Assembly (NCBI GenBank): GCA_004022145.1
Contig: RCNU01000002.1
Strand: one strand, 5' to 3'
From: Paecilomyces variotii
Taxonomy: Eukaryota
DNA: 64,000 bases
Position numbers and translations under genes: made by a program. How positions within the stretch are numbered: position 1 is the first letter of the stretch; each line of letters opens with the position of its first letter. This document shows, piece by piece, positions 24,049 to 35,341 of this stretch. The notes under the pieces were generated by a model. That model saw nothing but the letters and a program-made list of their open reading frames with translations. It did no database searches and was not told the DNA's origin.

Positions 24049-24265
24049 CTTATTCTGCTCTCAGCAACGTCTGTGTCGACTGGTGATTGTCTCTGATCAA
24101 CATCGAGTCGGGCATCGCTGACTCAGCCTCGCCGCGGGGATTCCCCCGCAGTGTTTGGGATCGATCTAGTTACTATCTAGTTATTACTATTACTTGGAGC
24201 CATCTTGATGCCTCACCTTGCCTTATCACACGCATAAGGACCAAGTGAGCATTCAGACTCGCACC

Positions 24266-25531
24266 ATGGGCGATTCACAACAACACCAGACGGGGGAGGA
24301 CCGGATCAGCCCGCCCTATGCTCTTTTGTTGCTGCCACCTCCACCCTCGTTGGCATTCTCCGACTTGAAAGCGGCGTATGGGTCCACGCTCTCCAAAGTA
24401 CTCTTGAGGTTGGCAAAAGCTCTCAACGGTGCCAATCGCATTGCAATCCTAGATGTGGGAGTGACAGTCCCTGGTGCAATCCCTCCGACATTTCAACCCA
24501 GAGCGAAACTCTTCGCCAATCTCCAATATATTCTGGCGACTCTGTACACGCTCATTGGCGCCATCTGTGCCGCAGAGAAGATCGAGCTCGATGGCCCTGG
24601 TGGAATCGATGTACGAATCTTTTTTGTCGATAATGATCCAAAGTCACAGTCATCTCCCCCAGACAGTTCTTCTGGATCTTCAGTCCTGGGACCAATTATT
24701 GATCTGCAGGCTCTGGTGACATGCGGTCGCGCGTGGGATGCCATCTACACACTTAACAGCAAACAAAGTCAAGATCTGACAGTCCTATACGGCAATACGC
24801 CTACTTCAGGCCACGGTCGTAGTCAATTGCCTCCCATTTCCCCGGTTTCAGACAGCGAGGCATCGTTAACGCGGAGTGAGGTCCCCATAGCTGCAGATAC
24901 CACTCACTCAGGTCCTCACTACTCAGTAGCTGTTGGAGGCACTTTTGATCACCTCCATATCGGTCATAAACTCCTGCTCACAGCGACCGCTCTGGCGATC
25001 GATCCCGTCCCAGAGGGTCAACGCACAGAAAGGCTGATGACGATTGGAGTCACAGGCGACGAGTTGCTGGTGAACAAGAAATACGCAGAGTTTCTGGAAA
25101 GCTGGGATGAGCGATCGCGAAGTTGCGCAGCCTTTCTAACTGCGATCATCGATTTCTCCCCGCCCGAGAAGTCTGCGCCCCAGGTGGAACAGGCGTCGAA
25201 TCCAGAACCCAATGGGCGGTACACCTTAACCAAAGTGAGCCCTGATCTGTCTCTTAAATTAGTACAGATCTCAGATCCATTTGGCCCGACCATTACAGAC
25301 AAGGAAATTACAGCTCTAGTAGTCTCCAAAGAGACACGCTCTGGAGGCAAAGCAGTCAACGAGGAACGAGCCAAGAAAGGATGGTCCGCTTTAGAGATAT
25401 TTGAAGTCGATGTCTTGCAAACAGGGGAAATGGCAGAAATGGGGACCTCTACTGTTGAAAGCTTCGAGTCCAAGGTCAGCAGCACAGACATCAGACGACG
25501 TCGGATGGACATGGCAAAGGGAAATCTGTAA
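24266..25531 (+). CDS. CAB4: Phosphopantetheine adenylyltransferase (cytidylyltransferase superfamily)
   Basis: VAVGGTFDHLHIGHKLLL (HIGH motif), ISDPFGPTITD, LVVSKETRSGGKAVNEER, KVSSTDIRR; ATG at 24266 (accATGG). Confidence 0.9.
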   Translation: MGDSQQHQTGEDRISPPYALLLLPPPPSLAFSDLKAAYGSTLSKVLLRLAKALNGANRIAILDVGVTVPGAIPPTFQPRAKLFANLQYILATLYTLIGAICAAEKIELDGPGGIDVRIFFVDNDPKSQSSPPDSSSGSSVLGPIIDLQALVTCGRAWDAIYTLNSKQSQDLTVLYGNTPTSGHGRSQLPPISPVSDSEASLTRSEVPIAADTTHSGPHYSVAVGGTFDHLHIGHKLLLTATALAIDPVPEGQRTERLMTIGVTGDELLVNKKYAEFLESWDERSRSCAAFLTAIIDFSPPEKSAPQVEQASNPEPNGRYTLTKVSPDLSLKLVQISDPFGPTITDKEITALVVSKETRSGGKAVNEERAKKGWSALEIFEVDVLQTGEMAEMGTSTVESFESKVSSTDIRRRRMDMAKGNL

Positions 25532-26804
25532 TCGACATTCCAGTGATTCCAGGATGGATTATCATTCCCTTTGATGACAATTCATGTCTCATTATATTGA
25601 ACATTGGTTGACCTGGAATGTTGTCCTCTTGTGATACCATATATCAGAACGAAACGAAGCATATTGTCATGCATTATATTCGGATCCATTTGTCACATTA
25701 TCCGCTACTTCCCCGAGGCACCAACAGTTACGGTCCTGTCGCTAACAAGTCTAGAGAAGTAGTTACTGTTCCAGGCCTGGCGTTAGAATCGAGGTCAAGC
25801 AGTCTTAGGCTGACTAGATGGAATGACCTCGCTACTTAAAGAAGGCGGTCTTGGCGCATCCTCCCTCTGGATCAATTTATTATTAGATGCCGGAGACTGG
25901 AAACGAATACAATTTCTATGTCACGCCATAGATTCGGCCGCATGCCAGTCAGTAATAACTACTAACTGATCTGACTTGCAATCATCGAATTCGGACCGAA
26001 GTTAGACCGGCGATACCTATTCTAGAGTACATTATCTGCCAGCGCTGCGCTTGACTGCTGGGGCCTCAAGCTTCTCGTCTACGATAACACAATAGTAGCT
26101 AGCTAATTCTTAACAGTACGATCGATGGCCTAGGGCTTTAGCCACTCTCGTGACACCATTCAGGGACATAAAATCGCAATGCCTAAGCACCTATGGATAA
26201 GTCTATATATATGATAGCCAACTACATGCTAAAAGTGTGGACTGATGTTTTTGCATTCAAAAACTGGCCTGGCTCTTTCAGTCATATTTCTGGACGCAAA
26301 GCACACTCGCATCCGGCATGCCAGCCTAACAAAGGGAAAGCCACGACGAAAGTATAAACCGTGTAGGTGGCCAAGCTTGGCCAAGGAAGAGGTGTACAAA
26401 TGTGATATATAATGGTGGAACCAAAGTGATTTTTGGGGCCCAGAGAAGCAAGTATTGTGGCCTTTTCTAGTGAGAATGGAAAAGAACAAACTGGTAGTGG
26501 TATAAGGCTCCGGCACAGAGAAAAGCCAAAACGCCCCCGCACACCCAATGCACCAAAGCAACCAAGGGGAGAGAAGCATGCTCCAATCGCCATGATGGAA
26601 ATGTAATAGATACGCAGCACAGGCTGGCTGGTGCCGCTTCAGAATGATGCCAAGACAAGAATGAAAGAGACGGAGGATATATGAAAAGTCGAATGGATGG
26701 ACAATTTTCTTCCAAAAAAAAAAAAAGAAACTGTGTTCTCAAAACCGCGTGGAATCTGTACCTAGAACAAAGGGAAGACGTAACGCATGCAAATGCCCAA
26801 TTTG

Positions 26805-28391
26805 TCATGAGCGTACACTCTGAGCTCTTGATTCATCCACTAGCCTCTTTTCGATCCAATGGGCGAAGTTGACACTCGGAATATCGACTAGTCGCCAGAA
26901 GAGGTCACCTGCCCACAAGGCAATAGGAAAACAGGTCAACCAGCCAATGAGGAATCCTGTGCAGTATTGGAGATTGGTTTCTTTGCCCGTGAAGCGCCAT
27001 ATGCTTGGCATGATTGAGTAGCCTAGAGAATGTAGGATTGGGCCGTGGACGATGTAGAAGGCAAATGAGATCTTGCCCAGATACTGCGAAAGCGAATTTG
27101 TGAACAATTTCTGGACGTCCTTAGAGTGGTTGATGCTGCAGACGATAATGACAGCACCGATTGTCTGCGGAAACCGATGGGGCTCGTTGTATGTTCGTGG
27201 AGTTAGCCTTGCCAACCACCCATATCCGGGCGTCCACTTGACTCCCTGATTGGGAGAAGAGCCGATGTAGAGACCTAGAACGAACATCGCAATCCAGAAT
27301 GAGCGTCCATACTGACGCATAAAATCGCTCAGTACGCCCCGGCTCCTTGGTTTTTCATCGAGCGATGGGCCGTCCCAGAGGCCGGTAATGATATCAATTT
27401 CGGACATGAGCATACCGCACAGGAAGAGGACTACGTCCCAGCGATCCACTCGCGTGCAGAACCAAATGAGGAAGACAACCAAGAAAATGCGCACTCTCGT
27501 CCTCAATCGCGAGGTAGCAAGCATAGTTGTAAAGAGAACCAAGGAGCTCCGGAACTCGACCGGAATCGTCCAGAGATGCGGGTTGTAATTATTATAATAA
27601 AGACCCCAATTGAAAGGATCCATCAGACGAATCACGGTGTAGTACCAATCCCAAAACTGCGCCCTGAAGGTTCTCATGACGGGCGGGTGTTGTTCATTTG
27701 TTCCCAATATGGTCGTACCCGACTTGAGGACATGGTGCGAATAATTGTAGCATCCCAAACGCACGGCAACAAAAACGAGGAATATACCAGTGAGCGAGGG
27801 GATATAGAGACGGAGCGCACGACGGAAGGTCGACGAAGAGAGCACCACTAACGAGCGCTCCCAACTTTTGCTGCGGATTGTTCGTAAGGGTTTTTGGGTG
27901 ATCACGTAGCCGGAGATGACGAAAAAGATGGCGACCATAACATGACCCGATATCAACATGTGGATTATGGGCAATTGATGGATACCCCAATTATCATGTG
28001 CGAAACCCCATCCTTCTGCTACCTTCCAGGTATAAGTGAAGAGAAAATGGAAGTTGAAGACGAGCAGACACGCCCAACCTCTCAGCCCATCCAAAGCAGC
28101 AATCGCATGGAGCTTTTTAGGTTCCTGTGGGAGAGCTCCGGCATAGCGCTGTAGGAAGCTCGGGACGAGCGTTAGAGCGAATTTGTATAATAATCGTTCA
28201 ACACGTATTGATCCGTCCTCGTAGAAGATAGAAGATGACGACTCCTCCGACGATGATGAGCTGGGTCGCTGGTAGGGAGTTTCCGACAAGATGGAAGGTG
28301 TTATACTGCGCTGAGTAGCTGGACCTGGTTCCACTTCTGATGAAGATGTACCATCGATAGATACCCGAAGGAGCCTGTTCTGACGCGACAT
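26805..28391 (-). CDS. Acyltransferase-3 (OafA-like) multi-pass membrane O-acyltransferase
   Basis: AALDGLRGWACLLVFNFH, VAIFFVISGYV, RRALRLYIP, HLWTIPVEFRSS, YLGKISFAFYIVHGP; multiple hydrophobic segments; intronless. Confidence 0.92.
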   Translation of the reverse strand: MSRQNRLLRVSIDGTSSSEVEPGPATQRSITPSILSETPYQRPSSSSSEESSSSIFYEDGSIRVERLLYKFALTLVPSFLQRYAGALPQEPKKLHAIAALDGLRGWACLLVFNFHFLFTYTWKVAEGWGFAHDNWGIHQLPIIHMLISGHVMVAIFFVISGYVITQKPLRTIRSKSWERSLVVLSSSTFRRALRLYIPSLTGIFLVFVAVRLGCYNYSHHVLKSGTTILGTNEQHPPVMRTFRAQFWDWYYTVIRLMDPFNWGLYYNNYNPHLWTIPVEFRSSLVLFTTMLATSRLRTRVRIFLVVFLIWFCTRVDRWDVVLFLCGMLMSEIDIITGLWDGPSLDEKPRSRGVLSDFMRQYGRSFWIAMFVLGLYIGSSPNQGVKWTPGYGWLARLTPRTYNEPHRFPQTIGAVIIVCSINHSKDVQKLFTNSLSQYLGKISFAFYIVHGPILHSLGYSIMPSIWRFTGKETNLQYCTGFLIGWLTCFPIALWAGDLFWRLVDIPSVNFAHWIEKRLVDESRAQSVRS

Positions 28392-30539
28392 GGTGAAGAG
28401 GAAACGAGCTCCGGTTCAGCTGCAGCACGCTTTGTACTCGAGACGCAAGTCAGCACGCGGAACATTCGCAGCCGCGGTTTAACATACATAGGACACACGA
28501 TTTATGGAAGTGAATCAGACAACAGCTGCATGTCGATATCGACTTCAGAGATATTCCAATCGATGTGACTTCTCGAGGCTGGTTCCCATCGGTCAAAGAA
28601 CCCGCAGAACAAGGGTGCGTGTAGTGTAAAATGTCCGCGACGAGCCACAAGTCGCGACAGGCTATTCCAATGAATATCAATCGCTAGAGATGAAGTTCGC
28701 AGTCTCGTTCAGCAGACAGGATGTTCGTTTAACTCTTATTCGACTTGTCCGGTGGACCCTGTCGAATGCGCTGCGTGCGATTGATCGCAACGTAATCCTG
28801 CGTGGGGAGGCAAGCACCAGATTTGGCAAGCTCGAGGGCTCACGGTTAGGGGACCAAGATGGGTATGTGTGAGTCCAGCTCTGCAATCAGATAGGAGGCG
28901 ATCAACAAGCTGTTGTCTGCCAGAAGGGATGAAAATGAAAACATGTTGCGAACGAGGAGAGGTAGAGAGTATCGAGCACAGCAGGACGAGAACTTCCCGC
29001 GGCGGGTCCGCTGATCTCAGGCGAGATGATTGCGTTCCCTGGCCCACTACCGTGCTCAGCACGCGCAGCCACCCTGCGATCTTCATTTGATCTCATTATT
29101 CTTACAGTCTGTGTCATAGTCGGAAATGAAGATAGGATGGATGCTACTGCTATTCTATATACAGTACAACAGACGCCAAAAAGAAAGTGAGAAACAAGCT
29201 TTTGAAACACATGTCTAATGACAGCATGGTGCTAACAGTAGAGCACAGGTACAGACTTTGAACATTGCCGCCACTGACATGGGACTGGATCCCTATAATA
29301 ATGCTGTTTGACCTTGGTCTAATAATGAAACACCCATAGGGAATGCTGCATAACCATTAGGTAGATTCTGGGGTTGTCCCACTTGGTCTTTCCATAATCC
29401 ATATCCTTCCCTCATATATTATTGTTGTCGAGCCAGCCGCTGCCAGCGAAACAGTCAGGAGTCAGGACAGATTACGACCCACTGGTTTAAATCAGCTAAT
29501 TATTTTAAGCGTAGGGGTCCAAACGTGCAACACCAGGCTAACCACGCGGAGTGGGGAGTTCTCTGTGTTGCGCAGCTTTTAGTACAATTATGTACTTTGC
29601 GGAACGCTCCACGGGCCCACTGTTGGCACAAGTTGATATCTAGGCCTCAGGATAAGTACATGTAACGATCGCAGTGCTTCGATCATCTCATCGCTGATCG
29701 ATACGGCTAGGATTGACCATCTATGCTGTCACCACAACGCGATGCAATCGGTGCTTATGTAAAGCAAGAGCCACATGCGATCGGCATGCTAACAGAGTGA
29801 TATACATTCTTTGCAGTCCGGTATGAATTGACTGGTCTCTCTCCAAAGACATAAACGAGGGATTTGAGTATGGCGTTGATAAGGATAGACACCGGAATCC
29901 TCTGCTGAATAAGACGTACAGTAGTCCGCAGACTGGAAAATGCTTTGGAAAGGAGTAATATCTAATATCCTGACCAGATAGAAAATCCATGCTACGTTCG
30001 AGTCACTTTCGCTTTCCCTTTCATGTTTCCAACTGCGCCACTTATTGCCCGGTACTATCTACGGATGCATATTTAACTGACTATACCATCTGAACTTTGG
30101 GTAAAGGACTCTGCATCTGGCCAACCAGAAGCTAAAACGTCTGGGATTTATCATCTCAAACTGCCTATCCTCAACAGATCTGACATCAATTCTCCTACTT
30201 TGAGAGGATCCTACGTTGCACTTGAAAAAGAAAAGCTGATGGCTTTCTGCCAGTCGACCAAAAAGGAGAACTCCTTGTTGGTCTGCCTGGATCTCTAACA
30301 AAAGCATATCTGACCCTATTCAGACTTCAATTTACGAACATTTTGTCTTTGACCGCTTTCAGTTTATGTGATACAGGTAATATACCACTCGTAAGTTCTC
30401 CTTAACAACAGAGTCGTCGATCTATCACCTCTCTCCGTTCACAGATACACACCCTCGTAAGGAATCGGTGCGTTCTTCTTAGTCAATGTCATCAGAATCT
30501 GGGGATGCTCGATCGGGGGTATCACAAATCGGTGTCGAG

Positions 30540-30970
30540 TCAATTTCCATAGCTGAACTCTTGGAGTAGCCAGACCTTCTCTGCTATTTTCCTTAGATCC
30601 TGCACCCCGTAGACGATGTCCATTTCGTGCGGTTGTTGGGATTGCCTTAAAAGAGTTCCTCAAATGTGATCTTCAAAGGAACATTGGTGACACGAGCATG
30701 TGGTTCATCGGGCCGTCTTGAGATGATGACTTGTTGTGCTGAGAGACAGGACTTGTTTCTGATGGCTGGACAGAATCCTAGTGACCCTCAGAACTGGAAT
30801 CCATTTATGTATAGTGATCTCTCTGGACTTCTGGTTAAGCTTTATAGTCAGGACGGCTTTCACATCGCCACCAGACTCGGTGATCCACCAGGCTGCATCC
30901 CTCTCAAGCTTGGCTCAGGATTCTGAATATCCTGCCTCTACGACCACTGAAGGCCATTTTTTCCAATCTT
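30540..30970 (-). pseudogene. Decayed C-terminal half of a fungal PD-(D/E)XK / Uma2-like restriction-endonuclease-fold protein
   Basis: Manual translation: WPSVVVEAGYSES*AKLERDAAWWITESGGDVKAVLTIKLNQKSREITIHKW, frameshift, AQQVIISRRPDEPHARVTNVPLKITFEELF, frameshift, RQSQQPHEMDIVYGVQDLRKIAEKVWLLQEFSYGN*; in-frame TGA at 30915-30917. Confidence 0.7.
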
Positions 30971-31516
30971 CCTCTAATGTAATCCTCCACGTCAGTCGCC
31001 TGGTTGGGCCAGTAAACCCAACGCGAAATCCTGGCGAGAGTAGCTCGCTTCTTCCAATGACCGGCAAGGTCGTGAGCATCCCGTAGTATACTAGCAACTT
31101 TGGTCTCAGGTATGCACATCAGCTTTCCATAGAGTCTGTGTTCTTTCCATAGGAATCCTGCAAACCAGGAGTATCCGTCGTCACCAGGGAGGGATGACCC
31201 TTGGGTCAACCTATGGTATGCTTGTCCGAACCAAGCCGATCTCTTGTAGTCGTCGTCCCAGCCAGGCAGCTCTCCCCCCTGTACCCTGTCTTTTCCTTTG
31301 TATTCCGCGGCTCTGGTCGTGAACATTTCATTTTCAAGTCCCATCCCGTTTAACTTGATGGCAAGACCCCACGAGATGGACTGCGCTGCTTGTTCGTGGG
31401 TCATAGTCGTCATGGTTAAAAGGAGGATTCTCTAGAGACGAGTAAGAGTCGATAGAAGTCGTGATAAACTTGTCTTGAGAAGATTGTATTTCTTCCAAGT
31501 ACGTAGCTTCTGTCAC
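30965..31516 (-). mobile_element. Ty3/gypsy pol fragment (integrase zinc-binding H2C2 region)
   Basis: KLMCIPETKVASILRDAHDLAGHWKKRATLARISRWVYWPNQATDVEDYIRG fits the integrase HH(CC) pattern but is truncated before CxxC; no core DDE domain follows. Confidence 0.75.
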
Positions 31517-32403
31517 ATCCGAGAAGATAAATAATCGATCTTTCTGTTTCTCTCTACCGCTTCGAAAGAGTCTGTATTCACTATCAATAGCATAAAGGAA
31601 TTGCTTTATTCATTCCCAGCGATATTCACGAACATCCCCTGGCAACTCATGGCGGATACTACCAGATGCTGTGGTCATTCTGCCCATGTTGCAGTAAATT
31701 TAACAGGAACGACTCTGGTGTATGTCGGAATAGGCTTGTCGGGTCAAGAACTCCGATAGGCAGGAGTCACGGAGGCGGCAGAATTGGCTGAATGCAAGGA
31801 AGAGATCAATTTCTGTGGTAAATCTTGAGACAATATAGTGTTATACTCTTAGTTCATTGCATAGCTTCACAAAGGGCCTTTCAATAATCAAAATTATAAC
31901 TTCACGCTGATTTGTCGTTCTGCGATATTACATACTGGAAATACCATCAATTAGTCTTTGAGTATTTTGCAGCACTCAGGCATTTCTTTCTACCTTCTCC
32001 TACTAAGCCAGTAGAGTGGATAGAAGCGTGCATAGGTACCTAGTTAGAGATAGTGGAGATAGTGGCCGAATTGAGGTGCTAATTGTTCCGATATTGAACT
32101 TCATATATTTCCTATTTTAAATTGGTGTATTAGAAAACAACTTATATATCATTCAAGTTCTAATTTTTCTAGCAAATAGCCAGTACATAAATATGCAAAT
32201 ATTGTCGACCAGAATGCGACCCGCTTCAATGCACAAGAATCCCCAGATAGGTAATCATCAAGGCTCGGAAGAAATCGGGGCATTTTGAAGATCCGGAGAA
32301 AATAAAAATGGGACTTGAGACGAGAGTGTACAATCCACCTGTTCCAAATAATGAAAAAGTATTCTTTCACTAAAGTTGACAATCCTCATTTTGACCAAAA
32401 GAC

Positions 32404-32766
32404 ATGAATAACCGGAATCAACCTACACCCGTTTATGCTGAACCATCGGAGGTCCCGTTCATCAAAGCCGCTAAGCGCAAACGCCTAACAACAACCCGCA
32501 CCAAACAACTTCTCCGCGCGGCTTCCCGAGCTCACAATGACCCTCCTCCACCGCCTGGCCTGGGGGATTGTTGTGGCAGTTCGTGCGATCCTTGCGTGAG
32601 GGATCTGTGGAAGGAGGAGTTGACCTGCTGGAGGGAGAGATGGGGAGATGCGGCCGATGAAAGTGGCGAAGAGCAGACGAGTGATCAGCCAGCTGAGCAG
32701 AGTCAAGACGAGAAAAACGGTTCAGAAAGAAAATGCGAAAGAATGCCCGGGAGCTGGGACTGGTAG
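32404..32766 (+). CDS. Small Oxidoreductase-like N-terminal domain (OXLD1-type) protein, 120 aa
   Basis: PPPPPGLGDCCGSSCDPCVRDLWKEELTCW fits PxxPxxxCCxSxCxxCVxDx(Y/W). Confidence 0.7.
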   Translation: MNNRNQPTPVYAEPSEVPFIKAAKRKRLTTTRTKQLLRAASRAHNDPPPPPGLGDCCGSSCDPCVRDLWKEELTCWRERWGDAADESGEEQTSDQPAEQSQDEKNGSERKCERMPGSWDW

Positions 32767-33969
32767 AGGCGATCGTCCAGTTGGATAAGAAGTTCGAATC
32801 ATGTCAGTTTTCTTTTTCTAGCGGGCAACATCGAGGTATGTTACAACCAGTATCGATATTCAGGTGGCATAAGCGCTCAAAGGTCTCAACGATAGCTGGC
32901 TGCTGCCTTGCATATTCCGATATTGGAACGGAAGTATTATGGTAATCGTGACATGTTGGTCGCGAATTGCAGGAGCATCTAATATGCTAGTCTCTTTTCT
33001 TGAAGGATTGAGAGTCGGATAGAGGCGATTCCATCCGTTGATACCACTCGATAGATGGCGTTGCTTTAGCACTACGTCTGCTTTGCACATACATAGCGGA
33101 TAAGACTTTGTACAGTACATATAACCAACACTACTGCATAGCCAATCAATGTTTGTTTACAATCAACTTCGAAATAGGTTTTGAATGGCTATCTAAGAGA
33201 CACACATATGTATTTTCGTTCAAGGATGCCATTTACCATGAAATTATCTTTCTTTCTCGCCGAATTACTCAAAATACCCCTTCTCGATCTCTTTCATCAT
33301 TAGGCCCGCCCAGTGAAGTAGATGCTATACGTGAATATAGCTTCCTAGATTATTTTCAGAATCTAGACAGAATAATTCTTATTGGCACTATCAAACTCTT
33401 TTATTGCGATTAATCTCGATAAGAGCAGGCGGTCATGCGAGCTGGTATCTGCCTTAGCGCTGAGCTGTGCCGCAGTTTCATGCTGGTTGTATGTTAGAAC
33501 TATACCCCTCACTGGTTCTAATCGGTCTACCCGCATAACATCATCCAATATACATGCATTTAAATGGTATTGTTTTTACAGTACTCATCAATATGATCAA
33601 TTTAGGATGTGCCAAAATGTCGATAAAGGGGGAGTATAATCCGATGTACTATATATATACAAAGGGCAGATGGCGATGTTGGATCAAGAAAATGCTCCTG
33701 ATTACTTATGCCAAAATTATTGATAAACTACCAACAAATAACCATGCTACCCTTCTCGTTTAGGTCTGTTGGTTGACTGAACCACTTGTCGACCTCTGGG
33801 TGGATAGATTTGCTTGTGGGGTCTGTTATGGCGAGCAAGGCGCATTTTCGATAGCCTTGTTCAAGCGCATCTTATTTTTTCCCCTTTATATCTACGCTGT
33901 GCAAACTTCGTCTGTAGATAGGAGTCTAATGACCTTGGCAAGAATATCAACTTCACTACTACTGCTATA

Positions 33970-35128
33970 ATGCCTCAAACTAAATTCTGTCACGACTATT
34001 ATCTAATCCTCGAAATATCGCAGAAGGCAGATATCGAGAGTATCAGGTCGAACTACAAGCGTCTCGCGAGGCTCAAGCATCCAGATAAGAATCTTAATAA
34101 CCCCAATGCAACAGCAGAGTTTCAACTGGTATGCAACTCGTTTGTCCTACTGGTTAGTCTTACCCTGATAGCGTCTGTAGATCCAGGAAGCATACTCGAC
34201 TCTCAAAGACCCTGTTAGTCGCAAACAATACGATGATCAGTACAAACCAACGAACCACTCCCACGGGGAGTCTTCCCATACAGGGTCCCCGAAGAACACT
34301 ACAGCGGGCAACGATTATGAGAAACGTTCTGCAGAACGGCACAAGAAACTTCAAGAGCTCAACGAGCAACTTCGGGTGCAAGAACGCAACTTGTTCGACT
34401 CAAATCTTCACTTGACAACGCTGAAAAGAGATGCGCATAGGCTAGGAACAGAGATCGATAATATAGTTAGAAAGCAAGCGGCCAAAGGAACAGTATGGGG
34501 ATATGTCACCTCATTTTTTGTCGGGAAGCCTCCGCAGGCAGACGAGCAAAAGAACGAACTGGACCGGGAACGACTCGACAAGATGGCGGCGCTGAAAATA
34601 AAAGAAAGCATTATTGAACGGCAACATGCAACGAGTGAGAGATATGAAAAATATATTCTGTCTATCCGCGAGGAGATTCAATCAATAGAATTCGTGATCA
34701 ACAGGGAGAAGTTGGCAGAAGAACAGAGGATAAAGACAGAACGGGCACGCGCTTTTTGGCAGAAATTCGAGAGAGAATTTGAAGAGAGCAGGAAGCAGCG
34801 ATCCAAACAAGCAGAGAACCAGAAGAAGTCAGAAAACGGAAGGACAGAGAGCAAAAGAGAAAGACAGAAGAAACATGGAGCTGGTAAGAGAAAAGACTCA
34901 GCTCAAACAGGACAAAACCAACAGACTGGGACAGAAGCGAGCTGTCATCATAAAATGTGGTGGGATCGGATCGACTGTCCAACTCTTTGCAGTCATTGCT
35001 CGACAATGACCTCCCGGTTTGCATTTCAGTGTCGTGGTTGTGGCAAGAAAGCGTGTGCATCGTGTAGGGACTCTCTCAAAAAGAAAGTAAGATTTCAGGA
35101 GTCCAAGTCATATTACGAGTATGACTAG
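33970..35128 (+). CDS. DnaJ-domain protein with coiled coil and C-terminal Cys/His-rich zinc finger, 2 exons (~368 aa)
   Basis: HDYYLILEIS...YKRLARLKHPDKNLNNPNATAEFQL|IQEAYSTLKDP; intron 34129-34180 joins in frame to ORF 34376-35128; CHH..WW...CSHC...CRGCGKKACASC. Confidence 0.88.
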
Positions 35129-35341
35129 GTATCCTTATTGGGAATGAAGCAAATACTTGCCGTTCTTTGATTACAGTTCTTTTATAAATTCAGGCTTGTA
35201 GCACGAAACTCAAATCTCATGCATCGTAGTGCTGGAATATTTAACTTACTAGAAACTCTAAATGGAACTGGCCATTAATTGGTATGAAGCAAGACTCCAT
35301 CTCAACGATTAAATAACATCAAGCAAAGACATGGTATGGAT

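Noticed and set aside
30080..30299. Open plus-strand frame TIPSELWVKDSASGQPE...VCLDL*
   Set aside because: No start codon or recognisable family; possibly a relic but unsupported
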